Shown here piece after piece: positions 39,092-51,013 of a stretch of 64,000 nt of DNA (position 1 is the stretch's first letter; every line of letters begins with the position of its first letter). A model generated the notes under the pieces. It had not been told where the DNA came from and made no database searches. It saw only the letters and a program-made list of their open reading frames with translations. The translations under genes and the position numbers were made by a program. Where the stretch lies: contig JALUTT010000008.1 of assembly GCA_027021705.1 (NCBI GenBank), positions 10,365 through 74,364 on the forward strand, given 5' to 3'. The DNA is from Anaerolineae bacterium (lineage in GTDB: Bacteria > Chloroflexota > Anaerolineae > S140-20).

Positions 39092-40015
39092 ATGTTCAAC
39101 ATTGTCGAGAAGCGAGGCTGGTACTTTCTATTCTCCGCCCTGGTGATCATCCCGGGGCTCATCGCGATGGCCTACTCAACAGCCCAATTCGGCTCGCCGG
39201 TCCGGCTGGACGTGGACTTCACCGGAGGAAGCCTCTTCGTCCTCAAATTCCAGGAGATCACCTCGGAGGACGCTATCCGGGCCGTCTTCGAGAGCCAAGG
39301 GCTTCTGGACCCCTCCATCACCCGGCTGGGCGCCCCGGAGGAGAGGACCTGGCAGGTGCGGACCGATTTCGTCACCCAGGAGCAGTCAGAGGCCCTCTTC
39401 GACGCCCTGGAGCAACAGATCGGTCCCGTGGACCGCGATGCCTCCAGCGTGGACAGCGTGAGCCCGGCCATCGGCAGCGAGGTGACCCAGGCGGCGACCA
39501 TTGCCGTCGTCGCCGGGGCCGTCGTCATCCTGGCCTTCATCGTCTTCGCCTTCCGGCGGGTACCCCATGCCTTCCGCTACGGCACCTGCGCCATCGCCGC
39601 GATGGTCCACGACATCCTGGTGGCGATGGGCTTCATGTCCATTATGGGGCTGCTGCGGGCCTGGGAGGTGGACGCCCTCTTCCTGACGGCGATGCTGACG
39701 GTGATCGGCTTCTCCGTCCAGGACACCATCGTCGTCTTCGACCGCATCCGGGAGAACATCCCCAAGCGCCGGGGGGAGCCCTTCGAGACCATCGTGAACC
39801 GAAGCCTGCTGGAGACCCTGCACCGATCGCTGGCCACCCAGCTCAACGCCATCTTCGTGATGGTCGCCATCCTGCTCTTCGGCGGGGCGAGCATCAAGCA
39901 GTTCATCGCCGTCCTGCTGGTCGGGCTGATCAGTGGCACCTACTCCTCCATCTTCAACGCCGTGCCCCTGCTGGTCGTCTGGGAGAAGTGGAGCCAGCGA
40001 TACGCCCTCGCCTGA
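39092..40015 (+). CDS. secF: Protein translocase subunit SecF
   Basis: DFTGGS, HD, DTIVVFDRIREN, GTYSSIF. Confidence 0.96.
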   Translation: MFNIVEKRGWYFLFSALVIIPGLIAMAYSTAQFGSPVRLDVDFTGGSLFVLKFQEITSEDAIRAVFESQGLLDPSITRLGAPEERTWQVRTDFVTQEQSEALFDALEQQIGPVDRDASSVDSVSPAIGSEVTQAATIAVVAGAVVILAFIVFAFRRVPHAFRYGTCAIAAMVHDILVAMGFMSIMGLLRAWEVDALFLTAMLTVIGFSVQDTIVVFDRIRENIPKRRGEPFETIVNRSLLETLHRSLATQLNAIFVMVAILLFGGASIKQFIAVLLVGLISGTYSSIFNAVPLLVVWEKWSQRYALA

Positions 40016-40044
40016 TCCTCCCTTCCTTGAGACCTCCATCCGCA

Positions 40045-40071
40045 AGAGGCCCAGTCCAACGCTGGGCCTCT
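40045..40071 (+). terminator. Hairpin after secF, possible terminator
   Basis: AGAGGCCCAG..CTGGGCCTCT; weak U-tract. Confidence 0.4.
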
Positions 40072-40084
40072 GACGCAATTCTAT

Positions 40085-40191
40085 ACCCCCCCGCAGGTCA
40101 CCGGTCGGGGGCGCTTTCAGCCCCGATGGGCTACTTGCAGCACGGTTCCGCGTCGGAAACGCGCCTAACCTGCGGGAGGGTGAGCAGTTAC
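40085..40191 (+). mobile_element. MITE/structured repeat family B, copy 1
   Basis: 97 bp core ACCCCCCCGCAGGT...ACCTGCGGGAGGGT plus GAGCAGTTAC; near-identical to 53992 and 56124. Confidence 0.8.
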
Positions 40192-40351
40192 TTTGGAGGA
40201 GCAGGTTGACACTTCCCTCGGTCTGTAGTAAAGTAACGCCGAGCCTCTGGTGACCGGCACCTTCAGAAGGCGGCGGTGGAAGAGCCCGTTATAGGCCCCG
40301 GCCTGCCGGATGGTGCATCCGGCAAGAGCGGAGAAAAAGGAGGCGCGCCCG

Positions 40352-42316
<1,965 letters not shown>

Positions 42317-42394
42317 GCGCGTCCGGCCCGGAATGAGAGGAGCCGGATGAAACAAGCCGAGGGCCTATCCGCCGAGGGGTGGGTAGGCCCTCGG

Positions 42395-42787
42395 TTATTG
42401 CACGTGCTCCAGCACCTCGTGCAGCAACTGTCCCGTGTGGTCGTCGTCCAGCGAATAGTAGGCCAGCCGGCCCTCCTTGCGGTACTTCACCAGCCGGAGG
42501 TTGCGTAGCAGGCGCAATTGATGGGAGACGGCGGAGATACTGAGCCCCAGCAGGGCTGCCAGATCGCACACGCACAGCTCAGCCCGCGAGAGGGCGAAGA
42601 TGATCCTGACCCGTGTGGGGTCGCTGAGCACTTTGAAGATGTTGGCTACTTGCTGAATCGTCTCGTCGGCCGGCATCTGAGCGGCGACGGCCTTGACACG
42701 CGGTTCATCCACGTACAGGATTTCGCAGACGTCGTCTTGAGCCTTGGCGATGGGTTCGGAAACGACCTTCAGGTTTGCTTCGGCCAT
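42395..42787 (-). CDS. ArsR/SmtB (CadC/ZiaR-like) metal-sensing repressor
   Basis: FKVLSDPTR, ELCVCDL, SAVSHQLR, DDDH..EH. Confidence 0.93.
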   Translation of the reverse strand: MAEANLKVVSEPIAKAQDDVCEILYVDEPRVKAVAAQMPADETIQQVANIFKVLSDPTRVRIIFALSRAELCVCDLAALLGLSISAVSHQLRLLRNLRLVKYRKEGRLAYYSLDDDHTGQLLHEVLEHVQ

Positions 42788-42794
42788 CTCTTCC

Positions 42795-44138
42795 TCATCC
42801 GTTGGTTATCCGTTGATCCACGATTTTCAGGGCTTTGATCTGGTCTCCCAAGTCCACACCTGTCTCAACTTCCAGGAACAGGTTGCCGTTCTGGACGTTG
42901 GTTGGTAGTTCCGGATAAGCATCGTACAGAGCCTGACGTACCACGTTCGCGTTAACGTCTCCCCCCTCAACGCGCACCCGCAGGCGATCCGTCAGACCAA
43001 CCTTGTCCAGTACCAGCTCGACCCGTCCTGTGGCTCCCGGTACCTGGGCTATCCGCTCGGCGATGACCTGGCCATAGAGGTTCATATCGCCGGCCACGAG
43101 CATATCATCAATACGTCCCAAGAGTCGAATGCTCCGGAATGGCAGCCAGCAGGGACAATCTGCCCAGCGGGCGCGATCACCGGAACGGTATCGTACCAGC
43201 GGCATAGCCTCGCGGGTCAGCGTGGTGAAGACCAACTCACCCTCGTCGGCCGGCACACCGCTACTCGGATCCACGATCTCGGTCACCAGATGCAGATCGT
43301 TCAGGTTGAAAGCAATACATTCCGGCAAAGCGATGGTCTGGGCACCCCCTATCTCCGTGCTGCCGTAAGCGTCAAAGACTTGCGCCCCCCAGTACTCCTG
43401 GAAGTAACGTTTATGCGCCGCGGTGAGCATCTCTCCGCCTAGCAGAATGGCCTCTAGCCGGGCTTGATACCCTTGACGCTCGGCCTCGCGGGTCAGAGCC
43501 GTCATATAGGAGGGTGACGACATAACCACATTGGGCTCGAAGCGCTGCATCCACCGTAACGTCTCCGCCGGACTCCCGGCTCCTACAGGGATGGGCAGGC
43601 CACCAGCCCGCTCCACGGCACGCGCGGCCATAGCCGCCCCCATCCACAACCCGTGACCGATGGGCAGGGCGATGAGTGCCCATAGCCGGCCCGGATGTCC
43701 CACGCGCAGACTTGCGGCTGCCAGATTGGTGAGCATCTGCATCTCGCGCCAGGTGTAGAAAACGCGCTTGGGCTCGCCGGTACTGCCTGAGGTCGTGAAC
43801 ACCGCACTCACTTCATCCTCCGGCACGCAGAGAAACTGGCGCCAATCCCGGATGTCGTTGGAGGTGGTGAAAGGGAACCACTGCAAATCGGCCAGATCCC
43901 GGACGTCACGGGGGCGCACCCCATAGACGTCGAACTGCTGCCGATAAAAGGGCGAGCGCCTGTAGACGTAGGCCATCACCCGCTGCAGGCGGAGACGCTG
44001 GATCTCACGGACCAGATCGGCGTCCATACCTCGACCGACCAGCTTTTTCAGCATTCTCGCAGCCTGCTTGACCGTCCTCGGGTTGGCCACGCGCTCCTCA
44101 AAAGCCCGCAATCCCCGGTCAACAGCCTCAGCGATCAT
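42795..44138 (-). CDS. Phenylacetate--CoA ligase (PaaK)-family adenylate-forming enzyme
   Basis: TTSGSTGEPK, YGSTE, GELVFTTL..EAMPLVRYRSGD, GRIDD; RBS AAGGAG. Confidence 0.85.
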   Translation of the reverse strand: MIAEAVDRGLRAFEERVANPRTVKQAARMLKKLVGRGMDADLVREIQRLRLQRVMAYVYRRSPFYRQQFDVYGVRPRDVRDLADLQWFPFTTSNDIRDWRQFLCVPEDEVSAVFTTSGSTGEPKRVFYTWREMQMLTNLAAASLRVGHPGRLWALIALPIGHGLWMGAAMAARAVERAGGLPIPVGAGSPAETLRWMQRFEPNVVMSSPSYMTALTREAERQGYQARLEAILLGGEMLTAAHKRYFQEYWGAQVFDAYGSTEIGGAQTIALPECIAFNLNDLHLVTEIVDPSSGVPADEGELVFTTLTREAMPLVRYRSGDRARWADCPCWLPFRSIRLLGRIDDMLVAGDMNLYGQVIAERIAQVPGATGRVELVLDKVGLTDRLRVRVEGGDVNANVVRQALYDAYPELPTNVQNGNLFLEVETGVDLGDQIKALKIVDQRITNG

Positions 44139-44187
44139 AGCTTTTCTCCTTGCAAACAAGGAGCATCCGAACCCCCCAGCATAGTGC

Positions 44188-46350
44188 CTACCCTCGCAAC
44201 ATCCGCAGCCCGCTCCCGATGACCACGAACTCGCTGATCTCGTGGCCCAGCACGGCGATGGGAAGGGTGAACCAGCCGGCCACGGCACCCACGACCAAGC
44301 CGCCGATGACCAGCGCCGAAAGAGCCAGGTTCTGGCGTACCACAGCCTGGTTACGCCGTGCCAGTTGGATGGCGTAAGCCACTTTCTCCAGGTCGTCGGC
44401 CATCAGGGCCACATCCGCCGTCTCTAGCGCCACGTCTGTTCCGGCAGCGCCCATAGCGATGCCCACGGTGGCCTCGGCCAGGGCCGGTGCGTCGTTCACC
44501 CCGTCCCCCACCATAGCCACGTGGCCATAGCGCTGGGCCAGCTCCCGCACCTTGGCCACTTTGTCCTCCGGCTTCAGGTCGGCGTAGGCCTCGTCAATGC
44601 CCAGTTCTCGGGCGATGGCCTGGGCCGTGCGCGGATTGTCGCCGGTGAGCATAACCACCTTTTCCACTCCGGCGGCGTGGAGTGCCGCGATGGCCTCCTT
44701 GGCGTTGGGTCGGATGGTATCCCGGATGGCGATGAGGCCCAGCACGACCGCCGGCTGCTGATCGCCAACCGCCATCTCGGTTCCCACCAGGACAACGGTC
44801 TTGCCTTCGTGTTGGAGGCGCTCGATCTGCCGGTGCAGGTCGCCGTTGGCGGCCACGGCCTCGGCGAACAGACCGGGGCTGCCCACCAGGAGGGACTGCC
44901 CGTTTACCCGACCGCTGGCTCCGGCCCCCGGTAGTGCCCGGAAGTCGCTCACCGGAGGCACGGATACCCCCTGCTTCTCAGCCGCGCGCACAATGGCCTG
45001 CGCCAACGGGTGCTCGCTCCGACTTTCCACTGCAGCGGCAAGCCGGAGAACTTCGGACCGTGGGTCGTGGCTTGTGGGTTGGAAGGACGAGCCTGAGATC
45101 ACCACGTCTGTCACTTCTGGCTCCCCCCGTGTCAGCGTGCCCGTCTTGTCCATAGCCACGACCTTCACCTTCGCCAGTTCCTCGACGTACACCCCCCCCT
45201 TGATGAGCACGCCATAGCGGGCGGCGGTGCCCAAGGTGGCCACCAGGGTGATGGGAATGGAGATAACCAGAGCACAGGGGGCAGCGGCGACGATGAACAC
45301 GGTGGCGCGTGTGACCCACGTGACCCAGGGCGCGCCGAAGAGCAGCGGTGGCACCACGGCGATAAGGAGGCCGGCGAGCAGCACCGTTGGGCTGTAGCGG
45401 GCACCGAAGCGCTCAATGAAGCGCTGACTGCGGCTCTTGCGCTCCTGGGCTTCCTCCACCATCTGGATGATGCGGCTGATGGTGTTGTCGGCAAAGGTCT
45501 TCGTCGCCCGCACCTCCAGCGCCCCCTCTTGGTTGATGCTGCCCGCGAAGACGGTATCCCCTTCCACCTTCTCCACGGGGATGGACTCCCCCGTCACCGG
45601 CGATTGGTCCACGCTGGAGCGACCCAGGATCACCACACCGTCGGTGGGCACCGACTGACCCGGCTTGACGATGAAGACGTCGCCGACTCGGAGCTCTTCG
45701 ACGGGGATCTCCACCTCGCGGCCGTCGCGGCGCACCAGCGCCACTTTAGGGGCCAGGTCCATCAGCGCCCGGATGGCGGCGCGCGTCTTTTCCTCAGTGT
45801 AACCCTCGGCAGCTTCGCTGATGGAGTAGAGGAAAACCAGCATCGCCCCCTCGGCGGCCTGCCCCATCAGGGCGGCGACGACGGCGGCGATGCTCATCAG
45901 CAGCTCAATACCGATCTCCCGCTCGAAGATGAGTTCCTCGATGGCCTCACGACCGAAGAAGTAGCCTCCGGTGACAATGGCCAGCCCGTAGACGACGGTT
46001 GGCACGACCTCCGGCACGCCGGCCCGTCCCAGAAGCCAGCCGATAAGCAGCAACAGCCCTGAGGCCGCTGAGGAGAGCACTTTGGGATTGCGCCAGGGTT
46101 TGGGCGGCCCGGCCATCTCCAGGCCCCTTTGGGCCGGGAAGCCAAGGGCCTCCAGCCGACGCCGGAGGGTTTCTGCGTCGGTGGCAGCGGGGTCGAAGGT
46201 CAGGCGTACTTTGGAAGCCTTGGGGTAGACCTTCAGGTCCACCAAGCCCGGGGATCCACGCAGACCGCGCTCGATAGCTGCCGCGTCGTGCTCGCAGTCC
46301 AGATTGGCAACTCGCAACTCCAGTTGTTGGATTGGGGTTTCGGGGTTCAT
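44188..46350 (-). CDS. Heavy-metal P1B-type ATPase (CadA/ZntA/CtpG-like)
   Basis: TGES, APCAL, DKTGTLT, SEHP, GDGVNDAP; N-terminal HMA-like domain. Confidence 0.95.
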   Translation of the reverse strand: MNPETPIQQLELRVANLDCEHDAAAIERGLRGSPGLVDLKVYPKASKVRLTFDPAATDAETLRRRLEALGFPAQRGLEMAGPPKPWRNPKVLSSAASGLLLLIGWLLGRAGVPEVVPTVVYGLAIVTGGYFFGREAIEELIFEREIGIELLMSIAAVVAALMGQAAEGAMLVFLYSISEAAEGYTEEKTRAAIRALMDLAPKVALVRRDGREVEIPVEELRVGDVFIVKPGQSVPTDGVVILGRSSVDQSPVTGESIPVEKVEGDTVFAGSINQEGALEVRATKTFADNTISRIIQMVEEAQERKSRSQRFIERFGARYSPTVLLAGLLIAVVPPLLFGAPWVTWVTRATVFIVAAAPCALVISIPITLVATLGTAARYGVLIKGGVYVEELAKVKVVAMDKTGTLTRGEPEVTDVVISGSSFQPTSHDPRSEVLRLAAAVESRSEHPLAQAIVRAAEKQGVSVPPVSDFRALPGAGASGRVNGQSLLVGSPGLFAEAVAANGDLHRQIERLQHEGKTVVLVGTEMAVGDQQPAVVLGLIAIRDTIRPNAKEAIAALHAAGVEKVVMLTGDNPRTAQAIARELGIDEAYADLKPEDKVAKVRELAQRYGHVAMVGDGVNDAPALAEATVGIAMGAAGTDVALETADVALMADDLEKVAYAIQLARRNQAVVRQNLALSALVIGGLVVGAVAGWFTLPIAVLGHEISEFVVIGSGLRMLRG

Positions 46351-46368
46351 CGCTTCTGCTCCTTCGGT

Positions 46369-46423
46369 TATTTGCATTATTGCTCAAGTATTCAATTATA
46401 CCCTGGAAGGGGAGGGCTGTCAA
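46369..46423 (-). promoter_or_regulatory. Consensus promoter of the P1B operon, with possible ArsR operator just downstream
   Basis: Minus strand TTGACA-17 bp-TATAAT, then imperfect palindrome ATACTTGAGCAATAATGCAAATA. Confidence 0.65.
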
Positions 46424-46428
46424 GCGAC

Positions 46429-46483
46429 TTGACCAAAGTGCCAAGGTTGAGTAAAATAAGCAACAATTTAGTCTATCCTAAAT
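46429..46483 (+). promoter_or_regulatory. mntH promoter with DtxR/MntR-like box
   Basis: TTGACC-17 bp-TAAAAT, then ATTTAG-N6-CTAAAT at 46466-46483. Confidence 0.65.
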
Positions 46484-46525
46484 CTGTTTACGCGCACACT
46501 ATCCCCCTATCACGGAGTAGAAGCG

Positions 46526-48463
46526 ATGAGTAAGTCTCACCTCGCTGCCCCAAAATATCGTTCTCTCGCCGAGGTCCACGAGACAGTACCTGTGCCCGTA
46601 CGGGGAGCCTGGTGGCGGCGCTGGCTGGCCGTCACCGGGCCGGCGCTGATGGTCGCGGTGGGCTATATGGACCCCGGCAACTGGGCCACCGACCTGGCTG
46701 GTGGCAGCCGGTACAACTACACCCTAATCTGGGTGCTGCTGATGTCCAACATCATGGCGATCCTCTTACAGAGCCTGGCAGCCCGGCTGGGGATCGCCAA
46801 TCGTCGGGACCTGGCCCAAGCCTGCCACGAGGAGTACCCGGTGTGGATCACCATCCCCCTCTATATCCTGGCAGAGATCGCTATCACCGCCACCGATCTG
46901 GCCGAGGTGCTGGGTTCGGCCATCGCGCTGCAACTGCTATTCGGAATGCCGCTCATCTACGGGGTCTTGTTAACCGCTTTGGACACACTACTGTTGTTGT
47001 TTCTGTCCCACTTTGGTATCCGCAAGCTAGAGGCCGTGGTGATGTCGCTGGTGGGAACCATCGGAGCATCCTTGCTTATAGAGATCGTGCTGGGCCAGCC
47101 GGACTGGGGCGGCATCATCCAAGGCTTTGCTCCTACGCTCCCCGATACCACCGCGCTGTACATCGCCGTCGGCATCCTGGGGGCCACCGTGATGCCCCAC
47201 AACCTCTATCTGCACTCTGCGCTGGTGCAGTCGCGCAAGATTGGCCGCAATCGGGAGGAGATCAAACAGGCGATCCGTTGGAACACCATAGACTCGGCCC
47301 TGGCGCTGAACCTGGCCTTTTTCGTCAACGCCGCCATCCTGGTGATGTCGGCAGCAGTTTTCTACCGTCACGGCTACTACGAGGTAGCAGAGATCCAAGA
47401 TGCATACCGGCTCTTGGAACCGCTGCTGGGCACCACCATCGCCCCTCTGGCCTTTGCCATCGCGCTCCTGGCGTCGGGACAAAGCTCCACCATCACCGGG
47501 ACGCTGGCAGGGCAGATCGTGATGGAAGGCTACCTGAACCTGCGCATTCGACCCTGGCTGCGACGGTTGATCACCCGGTTGCTGGCAGTTACACCAGCGG
47601 TCCTGGCCATCATCTATTTCGGAGAGGGCTCTACGACCAGCCTGTTGGTGCTCAGTCAGGTGATTCTCTCCTTGCAACTCCCTTTCGCGGTGATCCCGCT
47701 CATCCACTTCGTTTCTGATCGACGCCGTATGGGCGAGTTTGCCATCCGGCCCTGGCTGCGGGCCCTGGCCTGGGTGGTGGCGAGCATCATCCTGGGGTTG
47801 AATGTGAAGCTGCTGATTGACGAGGTCAGCGCCTGGTTGGCCGAAGCAGGAAGCCGGGCATGGATCGTCCAAGTGACGGTAGTGCCGCTGGTTCTGGCTC
47901 TGGGCTTCCTCCTCCTCTACGTGACCTTCTACCCCTGGTTGCACGGGCGTTTGGAGAAGGTCGGCCGGCCGCGAAGGGCCGATGTCCACGCCGCCCCAGC
48001 GGTCGCCGAAACGGGGATTGTCACTCCGGAGCCCTACCGTCGCGTCGCCGTCGCCCTCGACTTCTCTGGGCGTGAGGAGCGGTTATTGACCGAGGCGCTG
48101 CGGGTGGCGAAGAGGGGGGAGACAAAACTATTCCTGTTGCACGTGGTAGAGAGCCCCGTGGCTCGGGTATTGGGACCTGAGGCGGCAGATCGTGAGATCC
48201 AGGCCGATCGGGAGCGCCTGGAACAACTGGCTCGGGTGTTGCTTCAAAGGGGTATCGAGACAGAGTGGCGCTTGGGGGCCGGAGAACCCGCCCTGGAACT
48301 GGCACGGATGGTGGACGAGCTAGGAGCAGATCTGGTCATCCTCGGTGGTCACGGCCATTCCGGCGTTTCAGACCTGGTGCACGGGACGACGATCAGCCGA
48401 CTGCGCCATCGGGTCCAGGCCAGCGTGTTGGTGGTGCCCCTGGATGACACCCCTCAGGCTTAA
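46526..48463 (+). CDS. mntH: Nramp divalent metal transporter with C-terminal USP domain
   Basis: YMDPGNW, GATVMPHNLYLHS, GTLAGQ; C-terminal VAVALDFS..GGHGHSG..GT USP fold. Confidence 0.92.
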   Translation: MSKSHLAAPKYRSLAEVHETVPVPVRGAWWRRWLAVTGPALMVAVGYMDPGNWATDLAGGSRYNYTLIWVLLMSNIMAILLQSLAARLGIANRRDLAQACHEEYPVWITIPLYILAEIAITATDLAEVLGSAIALQLLFGMPLIYGVLLTALDTLLLLFLSHFGIRKLEAVVMSLVGTIGASLLIEIVLGQPDWGGIIQGFAPTLPDTTALYIAVGILGATVMPHNLYLHSALVQSRKIGRNREEIKQAIRWNTIDSALALNLAFFVNAAILVMSAAVFYRHGYYEVAEIQDAYRLLEPLLGTTIAPLAFAIALLASGQSSTITGTLAGQIVMEGYLNLRIRPWLRRLITRLLAVTPAVLAIIYFGEGSTTSLLVLSQVILSLQLPFAVIPLIHFVSDRRRMGEFAIRPWLRALAWVVASIILGLNVKLLIDEVSAWLAEAGSRAWIVQVTVVPLVLALGFLLLYVTFYPWLHGRLEKVGRPRRADVHAAPAVAETGIVTPEPYRRVAVALDFSGREERLLTEALRVAKRGETKLFLLHVVESPVARVLGPEAADREIQADRERLEQLARVLLQRGIETEWRLGAGEPALELARMVDELGADLVILGGHGHSGVSDLVHGTTISRLRHRVQASVLVVPLDDTPQA

Positions 48464-48539
48464 GGTGCAACCCGTTGCCTGGCCGGCCTCCTTCAGCACG
48501 CCAGCAGCACTTTCAGGGCCCCACCGATGCCGGAAGACC

Positions 48540-48700
48540 ATCCGGGCGTCATAGGCCAAAGCCGGTTCGTCATTCAGGTCGGCTCGATCGCCTATCAGCA
48601 GGATCCCTTCGAAGGGGGAACTGTAGCGAGCCAGCAACCGGCCTAACCGCTCCAGGTTGGTCTGCGCCGAAACCGGCCAACGCGCTCTGCAGGGGGCAGC
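48540..48700 (-). pseudogene. Possible transposase fragment (IS1634/IS4-like)
   Basis: NLERLGRLL..ILLIGDRADLNDEPALAYD resembles a DDE-region segment; lies at the island edge; recognised from memory only. Confidence 0.25.
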
Positions 48701-48862
48701 CACTAGTGCTGCCCTCTTTCATTGCGCCACGAATCCAGAGAGCTGATAAGCCCTACTGAGATGGAGAGGAGCTTGACTTTCTGCGAGGTTTGTGGCATGC
48801 TCAACGCTGCACCATCAGTGGAGGCCTCGGAGGTCTTCCGATCTCGCTACGGAGGAGGGGGA

Positions 48863-49888
48863 ATGCGAAGAGACGCCGTTGTCGTCCTCAGCACGATGCG
48901 CTTTACGGAGGCGCTGCTGGAGCGCCTGCGGCGCGTTGCGCCCGACCGGCTGGAGGTCCATCAGGTGACCACGGGCAATGTGGAGGAGATCCCCGCCGAC
49001 CTGAAGGAGGCGGTGGAGGTGCTCTACACCTTCAACACGCTGCCCCGCCACCGGGAGGAGATGCCCAACCTGCGCTGGATCCAGTTGCACAGCGCGGGGG
49101 TGGAGCACGTTCCCCGCTGGCTGCGGGAGGAATCGGGGATCCTGATCACCACGACCAGCGGCATCCACGCCGTCCCCATCGCCGAGTACGTCTTTATGAG
49201 CATCTTGGCCTACTTCCGCCGCCTGCCCCGGATGCTCTACTACCAGCAGCGGGGGGAGTGGCCCCGGGGACGCTGGGCCCTCTTCGCCGACGGGGAGCTC
49301 CGGGGGGCCACGATGGGGGTGGTCGGCTACGGGAGCATCGGGCGGGAGGTGGGCCGGCTGGCCAAGGCCTTCGGCATGCGGCTCCTGGCGATGCGCCGCC
49401 ACGGAGGACGGCGGGAGGACAGAGGCTACGTGGTGCCGGGGACCGGCGATCCCGAGGGGGGGCTGCCCGACGACTGGTACACCCCCGACCAGGTGCTGGA
49501 GATGCTCCCCCAGTGCGACGTGGTGGTGGTGGCCCTGCCCCTCACCGAAGAGACCCGGGGCTTCATCGGGGCGCGGGAGCTGGCGGCGATGAAGCCCACG
49601 GCCTACCTGGTCAACGTGGGGCGGGGGCCTACCGTGGACGAAGCGGCGCTGGTCCAGGCCCTACAGAAGGGGCAGATCGGCGGAGCGGGCCTCGACGTCT
49701 TCGAGGAGGAGCCGCTGCCCCCCGACTCCCCCCTCTGGAGGCTGGAGAACGTGATCCTCTCCCCCCACGTCTCCGCCTTCAGCACCCGGTACGACGACCG
49801 GGCAACGGCCCTCTTCGCCGCCAACCTGGAGCGCTACCTGGCCGGCCGCCCGCCCTACAACCTGTACCAGCGGGAGCTGGGGTATTAG
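48863..49888 (+). CDS. D-2-hydroxyacid dehydrogenase
   Basis: SAGVEH, GYGSIG, NVGRG, LDVFEEEPL, SPHVS. Confidence 0.93.
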   Translation: MRRDAVVVLSTMRFTEALLERLRRVAPDRLEVHQVTTGNVEEIPADLKEAVEVLYTFNTLPRHREEMPNLRWIQLHSAGVEHVPRWLREESGILITTTSGIHAVPIAEYVFMSILAYFRRLPRMLYYQQRGEWPRGRWALFADGELRGATMGVVGYGSIGREVGRLAKAFGMRLLAMRRHGGRREDRGYVVPGTGDPEGGLPDDWYTPDQVLEMLPQCDVVVVALPLTEETRGFIGARELAAMKPTAYLVNVGRGPTVDEAALVQALQKGQIGGAGLDVFEEEPLPPDSPLWRLENVILSPHVSAFSTRYDDRATALFAANLERYLAGRPPYNLYQRELGY

Positions 49889-49915
49889 TCCGATGGTCCA
49901 TCGTCCATGCAGCCC

Positions 49916-50068
49916 GGTGATTACCCATACCTTTGGAGATAGGGAGACCAGCCGTCCACGAATGGGGCACGAATGCACGAATTAAGGACCGCCACATTCG
50001 TGCATTTGTGAGAAATTCGTGGACGGCCTGCTACGGACCACTCTCTCGCTCCCTTGTGGGTAATCACC
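49916..50068 (+). mobile_element. MITE-like element family A, copy 3 (153 bp)
   Basis: GGTGATTACCCA...TGGGTAATCACC; first ~65 bp nearly identical to copy 1. Confidence 0.8.
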
Positions 50069-50081
50069 GCCATACAGCCCC

Positions 50082-50110
50082 TTGCCCCTTCCGGCGAGGC
50101 GTGCTATAAT
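50082..50110 (+). promoter_or_regulatory. tRNA promoter
   Basis: TTGCCC-17 bp-TATAAT with extended TG. Confidence 0.7.
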
Positions 50111-50120
50111 TCTAGGCGCT

Positions 50121-50207
50121 GGAGGGGTGCCGGAGTGGACGATCGGGGCGGTCTCGAAAACCGTTGTGGCCGCAAGGCCACCGTGGGTTCGAATCCCACC
50201 CCCTCCG
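50121..50207 (+). tRNA. tRNA-Ser(CGA); CCA not fully encoded (CCT follows)
   Basis: Acceptor GGAGGGG/CCCCTCC + G, anticodon loop CT-CGA-AA, long variable arm, GGTTCGAATCC. Confidence 0.96.
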
Positions 50208-50284
50208 CCTGAGAGCATCGCTTAGAAGCGATCCAAACGTCCAGGGGCGTTTCCACACGCCCCTGCTTTGTTGGTGTCGGTTCA

Positions 50285-50998
50285 ATGCCCTTTCCCTCCC
50301 CCGCCGAGAAGACAACCTACGTCCGCCAGATGTTCGCCCGCATCGCCCGCCGCTATGACCTGATGAACCGGCTGATGAGCGGAGGGCGGGATGTGGCCTG
50401 GCGACGGCGGGCGGTGGAGACGGCCGCCCTCCCCCCCGGCGGGCTGGCGCTGGACGTGGGGACGGGCACAGGGGACCTCCTGTTGATGCTCCTGGAGGCC
50501 GCCCCGGCGGTCCGGGCGCTGGGCGTGGACATCACGCCGGAGATGATGGCACTGGGGAAATCCCGGCTGAGCGCCGCCGATGAGCGGGCCGCCTTCATCC
50601 AAGGAGATGCCCTCCGCCTCCCCTTCCCCACCGCCACCTTCGACGCCCTGGTCAACGGCTTTCTCCTGCGCAATCTGCCGGACCTGCCAACCGCCCTGGC
50701 GGAGATGCACCGGGTGGTGCGGCCCGGCGGGCGGGTCGTCTGCCTGGACATTACCCGTCCGCCGCGCGGTCCCTTCGGCTGGCTCTTCCACCTCTACTTC
50801 TTCCACTGGGTTCCCTTCCTGGGCGGGCTCATCAGCGGCGACTGGGAGGCTTACCGCTATCTCCCCCGCTCCGCCCAGCGCTTCGTGGACGCCGAGGAGC
50901 TGGCGGCGATGATGCGGGCGGCGGGGCTGCGGGAGGTCCGCTACCAGAAGCTGATGATGGGCACGGTGGCCCTGCACGTGGGGGTGCGGGGGGTGTGA
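50285..50998 (+). CDS. menG: Ubiquinone/menaquinone methyltransferase UbiE/MenG
   Basis: MFARIARRYDLMNRLMS, LDVGTGTGD, GDAL.LPF, AYRYLP.S. Confidence 0.85.
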   Translation: MPFPSPAEKTTYVRQMFARIARRYDLMNRLMSGGRDVAWRRRAVETAALPPGGLALDVGTGTGDLLLMLLEAAPAVRALGVDITPEMMALGKSRLSAADERAAFIQGDALRLPFPTATFDALVNGFLLRNLPDLPTALAEMHRVVRPGGRVVCLDITRPPRGPFGWLFHLYFFHWVPFLGGLISGDWEAYRYLPRSAQRFVDAEELAAMMRAAGLREVRYQKLMMGTVALHVGVRGV

Positions 50999-51013
50999 AG
51001 AGGGGGAGAGGCG

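Noticed and set aside
50121..50230. tRNA-Ser as an island integration site
   Set aside because: No duplicated tRNA 3' end or integrase seen; downstream genes are housekeeping
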